From Paraspadella gotoi (Eukaryota > Animalia > Chaetognatha), in the NCBI GenBank assembly GCA_051294375.1, contig CM119270.1:5784771-5848770 (forward strand): a DNA stretch of 64,000 nt, in the 5' to 3' direction. Under the pieces are notes generated by a model. The model was not told the origin of the DNA, did no database searches, and was given only the letters and a program-made list of their open reading frames with translations. A program made the translations under genes and the position numbers. Each line of letters starts with the position of its first letter. Position 1 is the stretch's first letter. Shown piece by piece: positions 29,546 through 40,062 of the stretch.

Positions 29546-31026
29546 CGCCACTTAATTGATCGTAGGGGCAGCATCCGACATTGTTGCTCCAACCTGTTTA
29601 ATGAAAAGCACATCATGTTAAAGAAAGTCAGTCTGTGATTAAAAAAAGATTTTAAAAATTGGTTTGACAATGATCATGATAATTATATTTTTGCTAAAAA
29701 GGAGAATTTAGAAATAGAAAAACATCAGATTGGCCCAAAATAATATCTCACAATCGATGTTTTTAGAAATACAAAATGTTTGCTCCGTTTTCTTTATTCA
29801 TTTAATATGAACAAAAATAAATTCTGCTCTTTTTCAACTAAAAAATTTCAATTATTTAATAAATAAAAATGCCCTGTCTCAAAGTTGTAACTATTATTAT
29901 TTCCAAATTAATCATGGATTATCATAAAAATATGATTTATGGCTCTTACCCCCAAATCCATGGTCTTTTGTAGAATAAGACTCAGGTGAAAAAAAGTCGG
30001 GCTTATATGAAAAAATGATAAAAAAAAATTGATTTGACCAAGGCTCATTCATAATTATTGTTTTTTGCAAAAAAATAAAAATATCCAAAAAATAAAAAAA
30101 CATTCAGAATTTTGCGCAAATTGATTACCTCCAATTTGATGTTTTTAGAAATGCAAAATGTTTTACGCATCTCTCTCTCTCTCTCTCTCATTCCGCGTCC
30201 TCGCACTCTCGCCAAATTTGGCGCCTCGGATTCACCGGAAGTGGCACGCCCTCCAATCACAAACAAGATGGCGACGTCCTTGCCCAAGGAGTAGAGAGAG
30301 AGAGTGAAAGAGAGAGAGAGAGAGAGCATCTGGCGAACTTACCGTATGGAATCCGAAATTCCGAACTCATTTTTTTCCTTCCGTTCGCCACAATCAGTTT
30401 ATCCAAGGTTTTCACTGTTCACACCCTTTCACCCTTCAATTCACGCTTGGCCAATGACCACTCCTAATTCAAAGTCTCAATCAGTGAAACGAATTTAATC
30501 TTCATTCCGCCGGATCTTTCTTTCCTTTCCGCCTCCCCCCAACAAAAAAAGAGCTACAATTGTTTTCTCTTTTTTTGCTTGATTTTTTGTCACAAATAAA
30601 TTTTTGAAAGTACTTTTCTAAATATACGTGTATTATTTATCATAATACTGTTGTGTCGTTAGTTTTAAAACGGCATATCCCGTTGTGCAGTGAAGAAAGT
30701 GTTGCAAAAACGGATTAGATCACAACGAGTAGGATTACATTCACCATTTTGAATAATTTTCGCAGTAAAATTAACTAGAATTATTGCAAAAACTAATGAA
30801 TAAATTGTGTAATATATTTAAAAGGGCAACCGCGGACTATTGGCAACCAGCGAATTATTATTATTATTTTTTTTTTATGATCAGCGCAATAAATCGCGGG
30901 CAACGACCTGACCAAGTTCGCACCTACCGTAACTTACCTAATCTCTCAATCTTGTTTTTTTGCTCGGGCCAATGAGAACAAATGACTTTTCAAGTCTTTT
31001 TTTCTGTCTGGGGGGCATAGAGGGAA

Positions 31027-31128
<102 letters not shown>

Positions 31129-31181
31129 AATGACTTTTCAAGACTTTTTTCTGTCTGGGGGCATAGTAGAAGCAGAGAGAG

Positions 31182-31280
<99 letters not shown>

Positions 31281-31375
31281 CGACAAGCTGGTCACCAAAA
31301 GTCGTCGCGATGTTAACGACGACGACGAAGATGACGACGACGACGACGACATCAAGGAAAGATTAACGCCTTTAA

Positions 31376-31446
31376 TCACGTGACAGGCCGATTACGCGAT
31401 CCCATTGGTTCGGAAAACGAGAGTCCAACCAGCGGATCACGTGATC
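31376..31446. promoter_or_regulatory. Paired palindromic E-boxes upstream of the neuropeptide gene
   Basis: TCACGTGA at 31376-31383 and GATCACGTGATC at 31435-31446 with an ATTGG between. Duplicated at ~19303-19373. Confidence 0.4.
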
Positions 31447-32476
31447 GGAATCGCCCCGCGGCCCCGCGAAAAAAACAAAGGAGCATCTGCGGTTGGGAGA
31501 CGAAATCGACTCAATAAAAACGAGAATGAGAAAAAGTGAAGAGAAAGGGAGGCCAGTTTTAGGGGGAGAGTCACCTCAATAAATCCATATATGAGTATGA
31601 TTGAATATCAAATAAATTAATAGAACCTATGCGTCAAAGGAACGAATAATTTAATGATTGGTTTATTTTTATTAATCAATCAATTACTCAATCGATCGAC
31701 CTAAATCAATTAATCGATCAAATATGCATATTGAATGAATGGTTTTACATGTACAAATATACATTTATAAAGCGTAAAAAGCAAGCTAATAACTAATAAC
31801 TAATAACTACCCATTCCCTTAAGCCCTTCTCCCATCAGCCCCAGTTTCTTCTACTCTCCCATCACCCCATTCTCTCTCCCTCTCTCCCTCACCCCCTCTC
31901 TCCTTCTCTCCCTCTCATTTCCTTCTCCTTTTTCTTCTTCTTCTTTTCTTTTTTTTTCCCACTGAAAAAACTTCCGTTTCTCGTCCTCGAACTAAAAAAT
32001 CAACGAAGTTTTCGGCGCAAAAAAAATTGCGATTGGCGTCGTTTTCGTTGTTGTCGTCGTCGTCGTCGTCGTTGTCTTCTTCTTAGATGCGGTTACCACA
32101 ATTTTCGTTCTCGTCTTCATCGTGATCATCATCTCAACATCTTCGTCGTCTTCATATATCCAGAGGCCATTGTCGTCATCGTCATCGTCGGACGGTTGCA
32201 TTTTACAAATTATGAAATGACAGCATCTTTTATTTCAATGATAGGTTTCTGTCATTTATATTGAAATATTGCTCTTCGTCTTTGTCATAGCTTTCAAGTC
32301 ATAGTTTTTGTCGTATTCGTTGACATTTGCCCTCTTCGTCTTTGTCATTGTTTTTGTCGTATTCGTTGACATTTGCCCTCTTCGTCTTTGTCATTGTTTT
32401 CTCGTCATTTTCTTTGTACATAACTCATCTTTGGTCCTCATCGAAGTCGCCATCTTGCTTACCTCTCTCGTCCTAA

Positions 32477-32508
<32 letters not shown>

Positions 32509-32534
32509 TCTGCCTTCGCCGCGGACAAGACGGA

Positions 32535-32742
32535 GGATATAAAAGGCGAGTCGCTCGCCTTTTTCCGTTCGCGTCGCAGTCAGCGTTGATCGTCAGCGTT
32601 GATCGTCAGCGTTGATCGTCGGCGTTGATCGTCAGCGTTGATCGTCAGCGTATAAATTCGTTGCTGTCTTTAATCTAGTTTCACATAAACCGACCAAATT
32701 TTAATACGAGTCTGTGACCTGTTAACGAAGTCTCGGTGTAAG
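32535..32742 (+). promoter_or_regulatory. Candidate core promoter and non-coding first exon of the neuropeptide gene
   Basis: GATATAAAAGG (TATA at 32538), five 13-bp CAGCGTTGATCGT repeats (32581-32645), a second TATAAAT at 32651 and a donor-like GTAAGA at 32738. Confidence 0.5.
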
Positions 32743-33070
32743 ATTTTCTTCACCTTAACCGAAATTCTTTTTTTGTTATTGATCGATTTGTATCACTTAA
32801 ATCGGAGCGATATGAAATATATAATCAAATCTTGAGTTTACTACTTTATGCTAGAGGTAGAAAATGAATTGTTTGTTAACATACAACGACTTTATATTAT
32901 AAAAAGTCGTTGTATTCAACCTCAAACAAATAACTCAACGAAACGAAAAGAAAACAAACAATGTCTACTTAATACTAGTGCTTTTCTAAATTATCAAGTT
33001 TCGATTCTCTTCCGTGAATTAATTTTTTTTATTGATTTTTTTTATTTTTCATTCGAAAACGAAAGAACAA

Positions 33071-33214
33071 ATGACGCCAATGACACGAAAAATGGCGACG
33101 CCCGTTCGCGGCGCCACGCCCCTGAAAAGCGGCGCCAGAAACGCCGGTTTTCCTGGCGCCGTTTTATTTCTCTTCCTCGCGATGACAGCGACGGCGCCTC
33201 GGGTCACGCTGCAG
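33071..33214 (+). CDS. Neuropeptide precursor first coding exon (signal peptide)
   Basis: MTPMTRKMATPVRGATPLKSGARNAGFPGAVLFLFLAMTATAPRVTLQ followed by CAG|GTAAGG (phase 0), matching the phase-0 acceptor TTTAG|GAT at 33536. Which of the three Met codons (33071, 33080, 33092) starts translation is uncertain. Confidence 0.75.
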
Positions 33215-36200
33215 GTAAGGTCCATGAAAAAAGTATCAAATAATCGAGATTCTGTTAATTGAATTGATTATAGTCAGAATGGTGAAGAGGTAAGGTCGTC
33301 AATGGTCAGCGGGTGAGTTAAAAAAGATTAGTTCTTTCGATCTTTAAACTAAAGAATTTGGTTCAGCGCTGCAGAATTACGTGACAATCTAAACATTTAA
33401 CCTTGAAAAGTAACGCAGATTTTGCTCTGTGTCCTGGGTCGTAATAACTCTGATTTATTCATTTATCATTATACTTAATAGAGATATCAACATAGTATTA
33501 AGCCTAAAAATCAAATTTTGTTAAAATTTCTTTAGGATCAAGAAATTCTCCAGGCTCAACCGAAAATCGATCCAGACCCAAAAGCATCCACAGCTGCGGA
33601 GAGAACCGTCGCCAGAATCAGGCATCTCAAAGAGCTGCAGCATCAAGAGTTGCAGCATCAACTGCGGAATCAACATTTATCGCAGCTACACCCTAAACGC
33701 CAGCTAGATTCGCTGGGAGGAGGCTACCTTGGGGAACAGAAGAGGCAGCTTGACAGTTTAGGTGGTGGCTACTTGGGAGAGCAGAAAAGGCAGTTGGACA
33801 GCCTTGGAGGAGGCTACTTGGGGGAACAGAAACGACAGCTGGATAGCCTCGGTGGAGGATATCTGGGCGAGCAGAAGAGGCAGCTGGATAGTTTAGGAGG
33901 AGGATATTTGGGTCAGCATAAGAGGCAACTGGACAGCCTGGGTGGAGGCTACTTGGGTATGCAAAAGCGTCAACTTGACAGTCTTGGGGGAGGATACTTG
34001 GGCGAGCAAAAGCGTCAGCTTGACAGTTTGGGAGGCGGTTATCTTGGCGAACAGAAGCGTCAATTAGACAGTTTGGGTGGAGGATACCTTGGCGAGCAAA
34101 AACGCCAACTTGATAGTCTGGGAGGGGGCTATCTGGGTGACCACATGCAAAAACGACAGCTGGACAGTCTGGGTGGAGGGTATTTGGGAGAGCAGAAGAG
34201 ACAGCTGGATAGCATGGGTGGAGCATTGCTGGGAGAACAGTCTAAAAGACAGTTGGACAGCTTGGGAGGAGGCTACTTGGGAGAGAGTCAGCATAAACGT
34301 CAAAGGCGCGATTTATCGAGTCGACGAAACAGGCAATTGGATTCTCTGGGAGGCGGAGTCTTGGGGGAGTTGTTGAAGAGGGCGCTCAAAGGTGAGTCGT
34401 AAGTTCTTAATCCATCCATACGAACATATATGTTTGACTGGGTTTAACCAATACAAAAATATTTCATCACAAATATGCTATTTTGCCTTCTGACTTTGAA
34501 CAGCCTATGCAGATAGTACAAGGCCTCCAACCCTCTTAGAAGGTTATAAAATAAAGTATAATAAAATTGAAATTGACAATACTTTTTTTAACTAATTCTT
34601 TCAGATTCAAACAGACCCAAGCGCCAGTTGGACTCCCTCGGAGGTGGCGTCTTAGGCGATGAGATGGAAAAGCGCCAACTGGACTCCTTAGGTAAAAATC
34701 ACAATCATAAAAAAGACACCATGTCAGTTATGATATTTAAATAATGACATTTAGGTGGCGGAGTCCTTGGTGAAGAATACAAACGAGCTGTGAAGCGACA
34801 ACTCGACAGTTTGGGCGGCGGAGTTTTGGGAGAAGAGTACAAGCGGTCGCCTTCATCAGGTACAATCAATTGATGATAGGCTGATGATATTATTATATTG
34901 CTTAATATTGTAAAAACGATATTACTTATGATTTTTGATTCATAAATTAGAGATTTTTATGTATTTTTTATTTTCTTTTAAAAAAAAAATGAATGCGACC
35001 ATCTCTTCGGCTGTAGTTGGTATTCTCTCGACTAAAGATAAGAGAGAAACGATAAATGAGAAACTAGTGATCAGTGAATCTATTAAAATCGAATCAGAGG
35101 AAAGTAAACTCGGTGAAGATGATAAAATCAATGAAAACCGTTCACACGAGGAGTTTTATAGGGAAAACGAATCCAGCGTTTTAGCAAACCTTCCTCAAAG
35201 TTCCGAAAAAGAAAATCGCGAAGCGAAAAAATCGGTTTTTGATCGGGTGGATGAAAAAAAATGGAATGGTGTGCCGATAATGTATACGATTTTCGATCGG
35301 AAACCGTCAAAGAAACTTTCATATTTGGAGCCAAAAAATGAATCATTGGGTACGAAGAACGAGATTAGGAATCATGAAATATCTAATTACGAATTCGGGA
35401 ACGACGATAACAACGGAGATGTCAAGGTTTTAATTTCTAAAATTGGCAAGTCGACGCAATTTCCTGCTGATGGATATAATTTAGTGAAGAATGACACGAC
35501 TAAAGCAAATAGGGATACCTTTGGAATTGAGACAAGCAATCGCAATGACTTTCTCAGCTTACCTCGGAAAGGGAGAGTAGAAAGTAGAAGCTATGATGAT
35601 ACATTAAAAACATTCCTCAGAAGAGCTTATCAGTCTTTAAATGGAGAGCAACACCGGAAGAAAAAAGAAGTTAAAAGAGGTTTCGATGCCATAAGCGCTC
35701 CGTTGGAGACGGATGAAAATATGAACGAGCAGCCAATTTACGATCGCGACAGACGTGGATTGACGAAGCGTAACAAACCTTTTGGATCAAATGATGCGAT
35801 GATGAAATATGAACGACCAAATGAAATTGTTGACGATGATAAAGATATAGACGGTCCCGCTAGCAAAACGACTCCTCAGGGATCAATGGGTCGTCAATTG
35901 ACGAATTCGAAGAAGACCGAGTTTGACAACATCAGTGATCTTGTAGAGAATTTTAATTTTAACGAAAGGTTGGATCACGAACGCAATAGAAACGAGATGA
36001 GAGGCGAAATGAATTTTGATTTAGATTTAGACGGAAGCCAATTAAGAAAGCTTGATGTCATTTCCCTCAGTCGCAAACTTTTCCCGCCAAAAAATCTTGC
36101 GCGAACCCAAAATGCATCGAGAATTTTATGTTACGCAAACGAGTCTTTTTTCGACTGCGTCACAAGAGCAATGATGAGATTGGCGTCAGATTTGAGGAAA

Positions 36201-36239
36201 TCCACTAATCAAATCTTGGCGCCAGAATCTAACTCGTAG
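33071..36239 (+). CDS. Multi-copy neuropeptide precursor, orcokinin-B/pedal-peptide-like (QLDSLGGGYLG-type), spliced gene, best-preserved copy
   Basis: Phase-compatible GT-AG exons 33071-33214, (33278-33312), 33536-34391, 34605-34691, 34755-34859 and 35017-36239. Hydrophobic N-terminal stretch, then 17 QLDS(L/M)GG(G/A)xLG peptides separated by KR (one preceded by RRNR). About 815 aa if the long last exon is used. Family assignment rests on recalled similarity to the insect orcokinin-B xLDxIGGGxL pattern, not on a database search. Confidence 0.9.
33278..33312 (+). CDS. Small internal exon of the neuropeptide precursor (NGEEVKVVNGQR)
   Basis: TCAG acceptor and a perfect GTGAGT donor at 33313. 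It is 35 nt here but 36 nt and frame-neutral in the duplicate copy (21176-21211), so one A is probably missing here. Confidence 0.55.
33536..34391 (+). CDS. Main peptide-repeat exon (14 paracopies, 8 identical QLDSLGGGYLGEQ)
   Basis: Open from DQEILQAQPK through the provided ORF 33650-34402. 45-nt repeat units with heavy synonymous variation. Ends AAAG|GTGAGT (phase 1). Confidence 0.95.
34605..34859 (+). CDS. Two further peptide exons (34605-34691 and 34755-34859) with three QLDSLGGGVLG copies
   Basis: TTTCAG|(D)SNRPKRQLDSLGGGVLGDEMEKRQLDSL, then a 63-nt phase-1 GT..AG intron, then GGGVLGEEYKRAVKRQLDSLGGGVLGEEYKRSPSS, then CAG|GTACAA. Confidence 0.9.
35017..36239 (+). CDS. Long terminal exon: acidic/Asn-rich C-terminal extension with dibasic sites and a Cys pair
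   Basis: 434-codon ORF 34935-36239 in AT-rich DNA. CTGTAG acceptor at 35016 is phase 1 and in frame with the upstream donor. AATAAA at 36473. Confidence 0.7.
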
Positions 36240-36650
36240 AAAAGGCAATACGATTAAGGAAACGAATCTGTTTTGGCGAGAAAAATGAAACGATGCAATC
36301 GTGTTTTCTAGGTTGAGTATAGATGCTATTTTTTTGGGACTTCTTAATAATTTTTAAGGGGATAGAGATAAAGATATTTTAAATATAATTCAGTAACCCA
36401 GGTAACTTTTTACATGAATATTAAACACTCAATAGTTGTATCGGTTGATGTTGTAAATAATATACAATAACCAATAAATATTTTAAACGAGTACCTTGTT
36501 GACCAATTAACTTTTGTTCATTAATTTCTTCAAACTAAAACGAAAACTAACTTAAATGTTTAAAAATGTTACAATGCTAGATCAAATTTACTAAAAAATA
36601 ATTTTAAAACACATTGAGTTTCTCATTTGTCTATTTTAACTCCTCTGCAG

Positions 36651-36736
36651 GTTCGGTAGATGACGCTTTGAAGCATTTGTTTCACGCTCTGGCTTCGCAC
36701 TACAAAAAATCCGATAAGGAAATTTCTTGGAAATGA
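36651..36736 (+). CDS. Candidate alternative terminal exon (GSVDDALKHLFHALASHYKKSDKEISWK*)
   Basis: Strong acceptor TTTTAACTCCTCTGCAG|G. GC-richer island, open in phase 1 like the donor at 34860. Own AATAAA at 36936. Confidence 0.5.
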
Positions 36737-39700
36737 ATCCTGGACTTGTGTCTAAAGCCTGAAGCCGAAAGGCTAACGGCTGACGTTACCTCGGGGCTTT
36801 CGACTTGTGACTTATCGAGTCTAAACCTATTTGGAAATGATAACGGAAAACACTAAACAAATTCTGACTTGTAAATCCAGCGTAAATTTGTTAAAATAAG
36901 AAGGTAAGGATGTAATGATTTATTTATATTACTGTAATAAATGATTTATTCTCAACAGTTTCTTCTCATTTTAAAAAAATTAGCTGGATTTAAATTCTCA
37001 TCACTGTTTAAAGATAATTTGGTCCCAATAAATTTTTTTTTCATCACAGTTATAACAAAAAACATGATTATAATTTATTTTTATGCAAAAAATTAAGTAA
37101 GAACTTTTTCAATCTCTACTTTAAAGCGGTAAATGCTTGTATTGTATGATTGTACTGTACTGCTTGTAATGTATAATGGACCTATACCGATGCTTTTTGC
37201 GCCAAATTCCATGATTTAATATACTTGAAAAAAACAATGCAGACACGAATGCACCTTCATATAATCCGAATATCGTTTGTCGTACTTTGCCAAATTATAT
37301 TTTTTTTTAAACAAAAATTTGTCTTGTGAAAGAGGTCGTTTTTTGGAAATTAACGTTCAACGCCGTTAATAAGTTTGAATTCTTAATCTGTAACTATAAT
37401 ATTGATATCTTCAATTAATTTGGGTGTATCATTTGATGACACTATGCTGTTGACTTATTCGTTTGCTGGACAATGCTACCTTAAGTACAACTTGTGGCAA
37501 CGTTGATTATTGATCCTACTTTGGCTTCTGAAATAAACCGACCCGTCGCCTAATTGATATTAAATATAATAAATAATTAAAAACTTTTGCCATAGTTAAC
37601 TGTATATAACTTCTAAGTTCTTTTTTTGTGGACTCAATAGCTTCTGCGTTTGAATAACCTTTGATTTTTCTGGAACAACAAAATTGCGAATAATTTTGTT
37701 CACACTTTTTTTGGTTGTATTTTTCAATTGTGAGTGAAAAAAAAGAAACGCCATGACATTTTAATTGTGATAGAAAGCTAAGGTAATTGTAACACCATTC
37801 CTTTTATAGTAGAAAATAATAAAATTTCCGAATGATCAAACGGTAGGACCGAATATTGGCAACGATGCCATCTATCAGATAAGTTTTATCAAAATTGGGG
37901 ACAAAAACATAAGTTAGATTAAAATCCCTCATCTTAAACAAAACAGATATCAAAGCCAAATTAAAAATGTATGTTGAGAAACTGCTTCAGATATAAAAAT
38001 AAATTACAACGCAAACATTCACATATTTTTGAAAGTAAATTTAACAATTGTCTGGGTCAAACACAAGAATTGGGCAAATAATTTTTTTTTCACAAATCCT
38101 CAGAAGAAAGTTATGAAAAATGAAATGAGATGCGTCAAACGAGATTTGCGTAAACAAACAGAGAAATCACCTCAAAATTAAAACAAAATTGAATACTTTG
38201 TGGTTGGAGGTTAGGAAATAAAAAAGGGGAAAGTAACATCAAGCCAAAAATGAACACGCTGTATTAAAAAAAAAGCGTTGTGGTCGGTTAAGGGGAGATC
38301 TTGTATTGTAATAAATAAAAGAATGAAAAATGGAGATCTTGTAATTTTATTAAAAATATTTAATTTCACTTTATTAAAGGAAAGCAAGAATTAATTTTGT
38401 TCATTTTGTTTTTGTATCAAAACAAAACAAGGCAACGTAGCAAATTTTGATTTAAAATTTCTTTTGTTTTAAAAATATTCCGGGGAAAAAAATTGTGATG
38501 ACCAACTGAATGTATCCAGTAAAGACCTTGAGTCAAAAATCCGTTTATAATTAGCAGCAGAACGACGGACAGAATGATTCAAATCCCATACTGAAATACT
38601 CAGTTCTTAAAGATGCACAGTTAGTATTTTTTTACAATAGAATGAGAAGATGAATAAATTTACAATTTGAATTTTTGATGTAAGATTGTGTATCATGATC
38701 ATCCAAAAAAAATTTTAAAAATTAATAAATGGCCAAAAAGGCTTCCAAAATAAAAAAAATGTACTGCTCCTTAGCTAAAATAAATTATTAAAAAACTACC
38801 AGCCAAAAATCATATCTTTCAAAAAGTGTAATAAGCTAAAAACAAAAAAAATAAAACATCTGAACAAGAGGTTATGGTTGACCTTAAGTAAAACAACAGA
38901 TAAAAAAAATAATAATTAAAGGTGATAAAATGCAAAGAAACCTGAAGTCTGATGATCGCGATCGATTTACTAAGATGGAGGAACCACTACTACCTTGTCA
39001 ATTAAACCAGTACCTAAATTTAAACCGACATAAATACAATGGTAGTCATTTTCGACGTTTTCCGTATTCTTTCAACGGCAGTTGGGATAATGAGGGTGAT
39101 AAAGAAAAGGACATTCGAGATCAGAGTCAAACTATCTACGGTTTTCTTGCTTTTTTCATGTGCGTTGGATTAAATATCATCGAATTACGAAACAATTTTT
39201 TTTTACAATGGTTCTATCGTCGTACACTGGCGATAAAAAAAAAATTATTATTTTTATCTATGATTTGACGTAATATCAAATAATGGTTGAAACCTATTTC
39301 TTCATTTACCAAAAGTTGGAGCCCGAGGTTCGAGCGCTCTCTTTAAACTAAGGCAATTATTTTTTTTTTATTCTCTTTGAAATCCAATCATCGTCATTTT
39401 TTCTAATTTTTTTTTTCGTTAAGGACGGAAACGTCTTTTGATAGAAGGCGCTCGTTCTGGTTGTGATCGTGTTTTCGCTAAAAACGCGTATTTCTCCCGC
39501 CCTTTTGTTCGAGCTGCCGATTTTGGTCGAGAGAGACAGTTTGGCGATCGGAGAAAGATCTGTGAGGATAACAAAAGAACAATCAGCAATTGAAATAAAC
39601 AACTCATTCTCTGTCGTTATGCCAGGGAAAGATGTACTCTGAAAATACTAAGCAACGATTGAAAGTTAAATTCGGTTAATATAAGTTAAAACATTTTCAT

Positions 39701-39767
39701 TACTTGTATTGCTAGTGATAATGGGGAAATTATTTTACCTCTTTCATCGAATTTGAGGCAATATCTT

Positions 39768-39817
39768 TTATCCTTCCTCTTCGTCAGGCATCTTCTCTCG
39801 CAGCTCAAGCTCCTCTC
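39768..39817 (-). CDS. TMEM47: TMEM47-like last coding exon
   Basis: TTTACAG|GA GAG GAG CTT GAG CTG CGA GAG AAG ATG CCT GAC GAA GAG GAA GGA TAA, phase 1. Confidence 0.75.
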
Positions 39818-40006
39818 CTGTAAATTTGATGTAAGCTTTGAAATATATATATATATTTAATTATCAATTTATATGTACAAGTTTGCTTCAAAACCACAGA
39901 GCATCTCACCCTGGGTTTGGGCCTACGGTCTCGCTTGGGGTCTCGCGGTGCTGTTCTCCGCCGGAGGCGCTCATGCTCATCTTGGATAAAGGTCAGAGAG
40001 AGAGAG

Positions 40007-40062
<56 letters not shown>

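Noticed and set aside
33693-34376. Antisense and alternate-frame ORFs over the peptide exon
   Set aside because: They are shadows of the repetitive coding frame.
33701-34380. DNA satellite or prokaryotic precursor-peptide (RiPP) repeat
   Set aside because: Variation is confined to silent sites, and there are spliceosomal introns, KR sites and no modifying enzymes nearby. This fits an animal neuropeptide.
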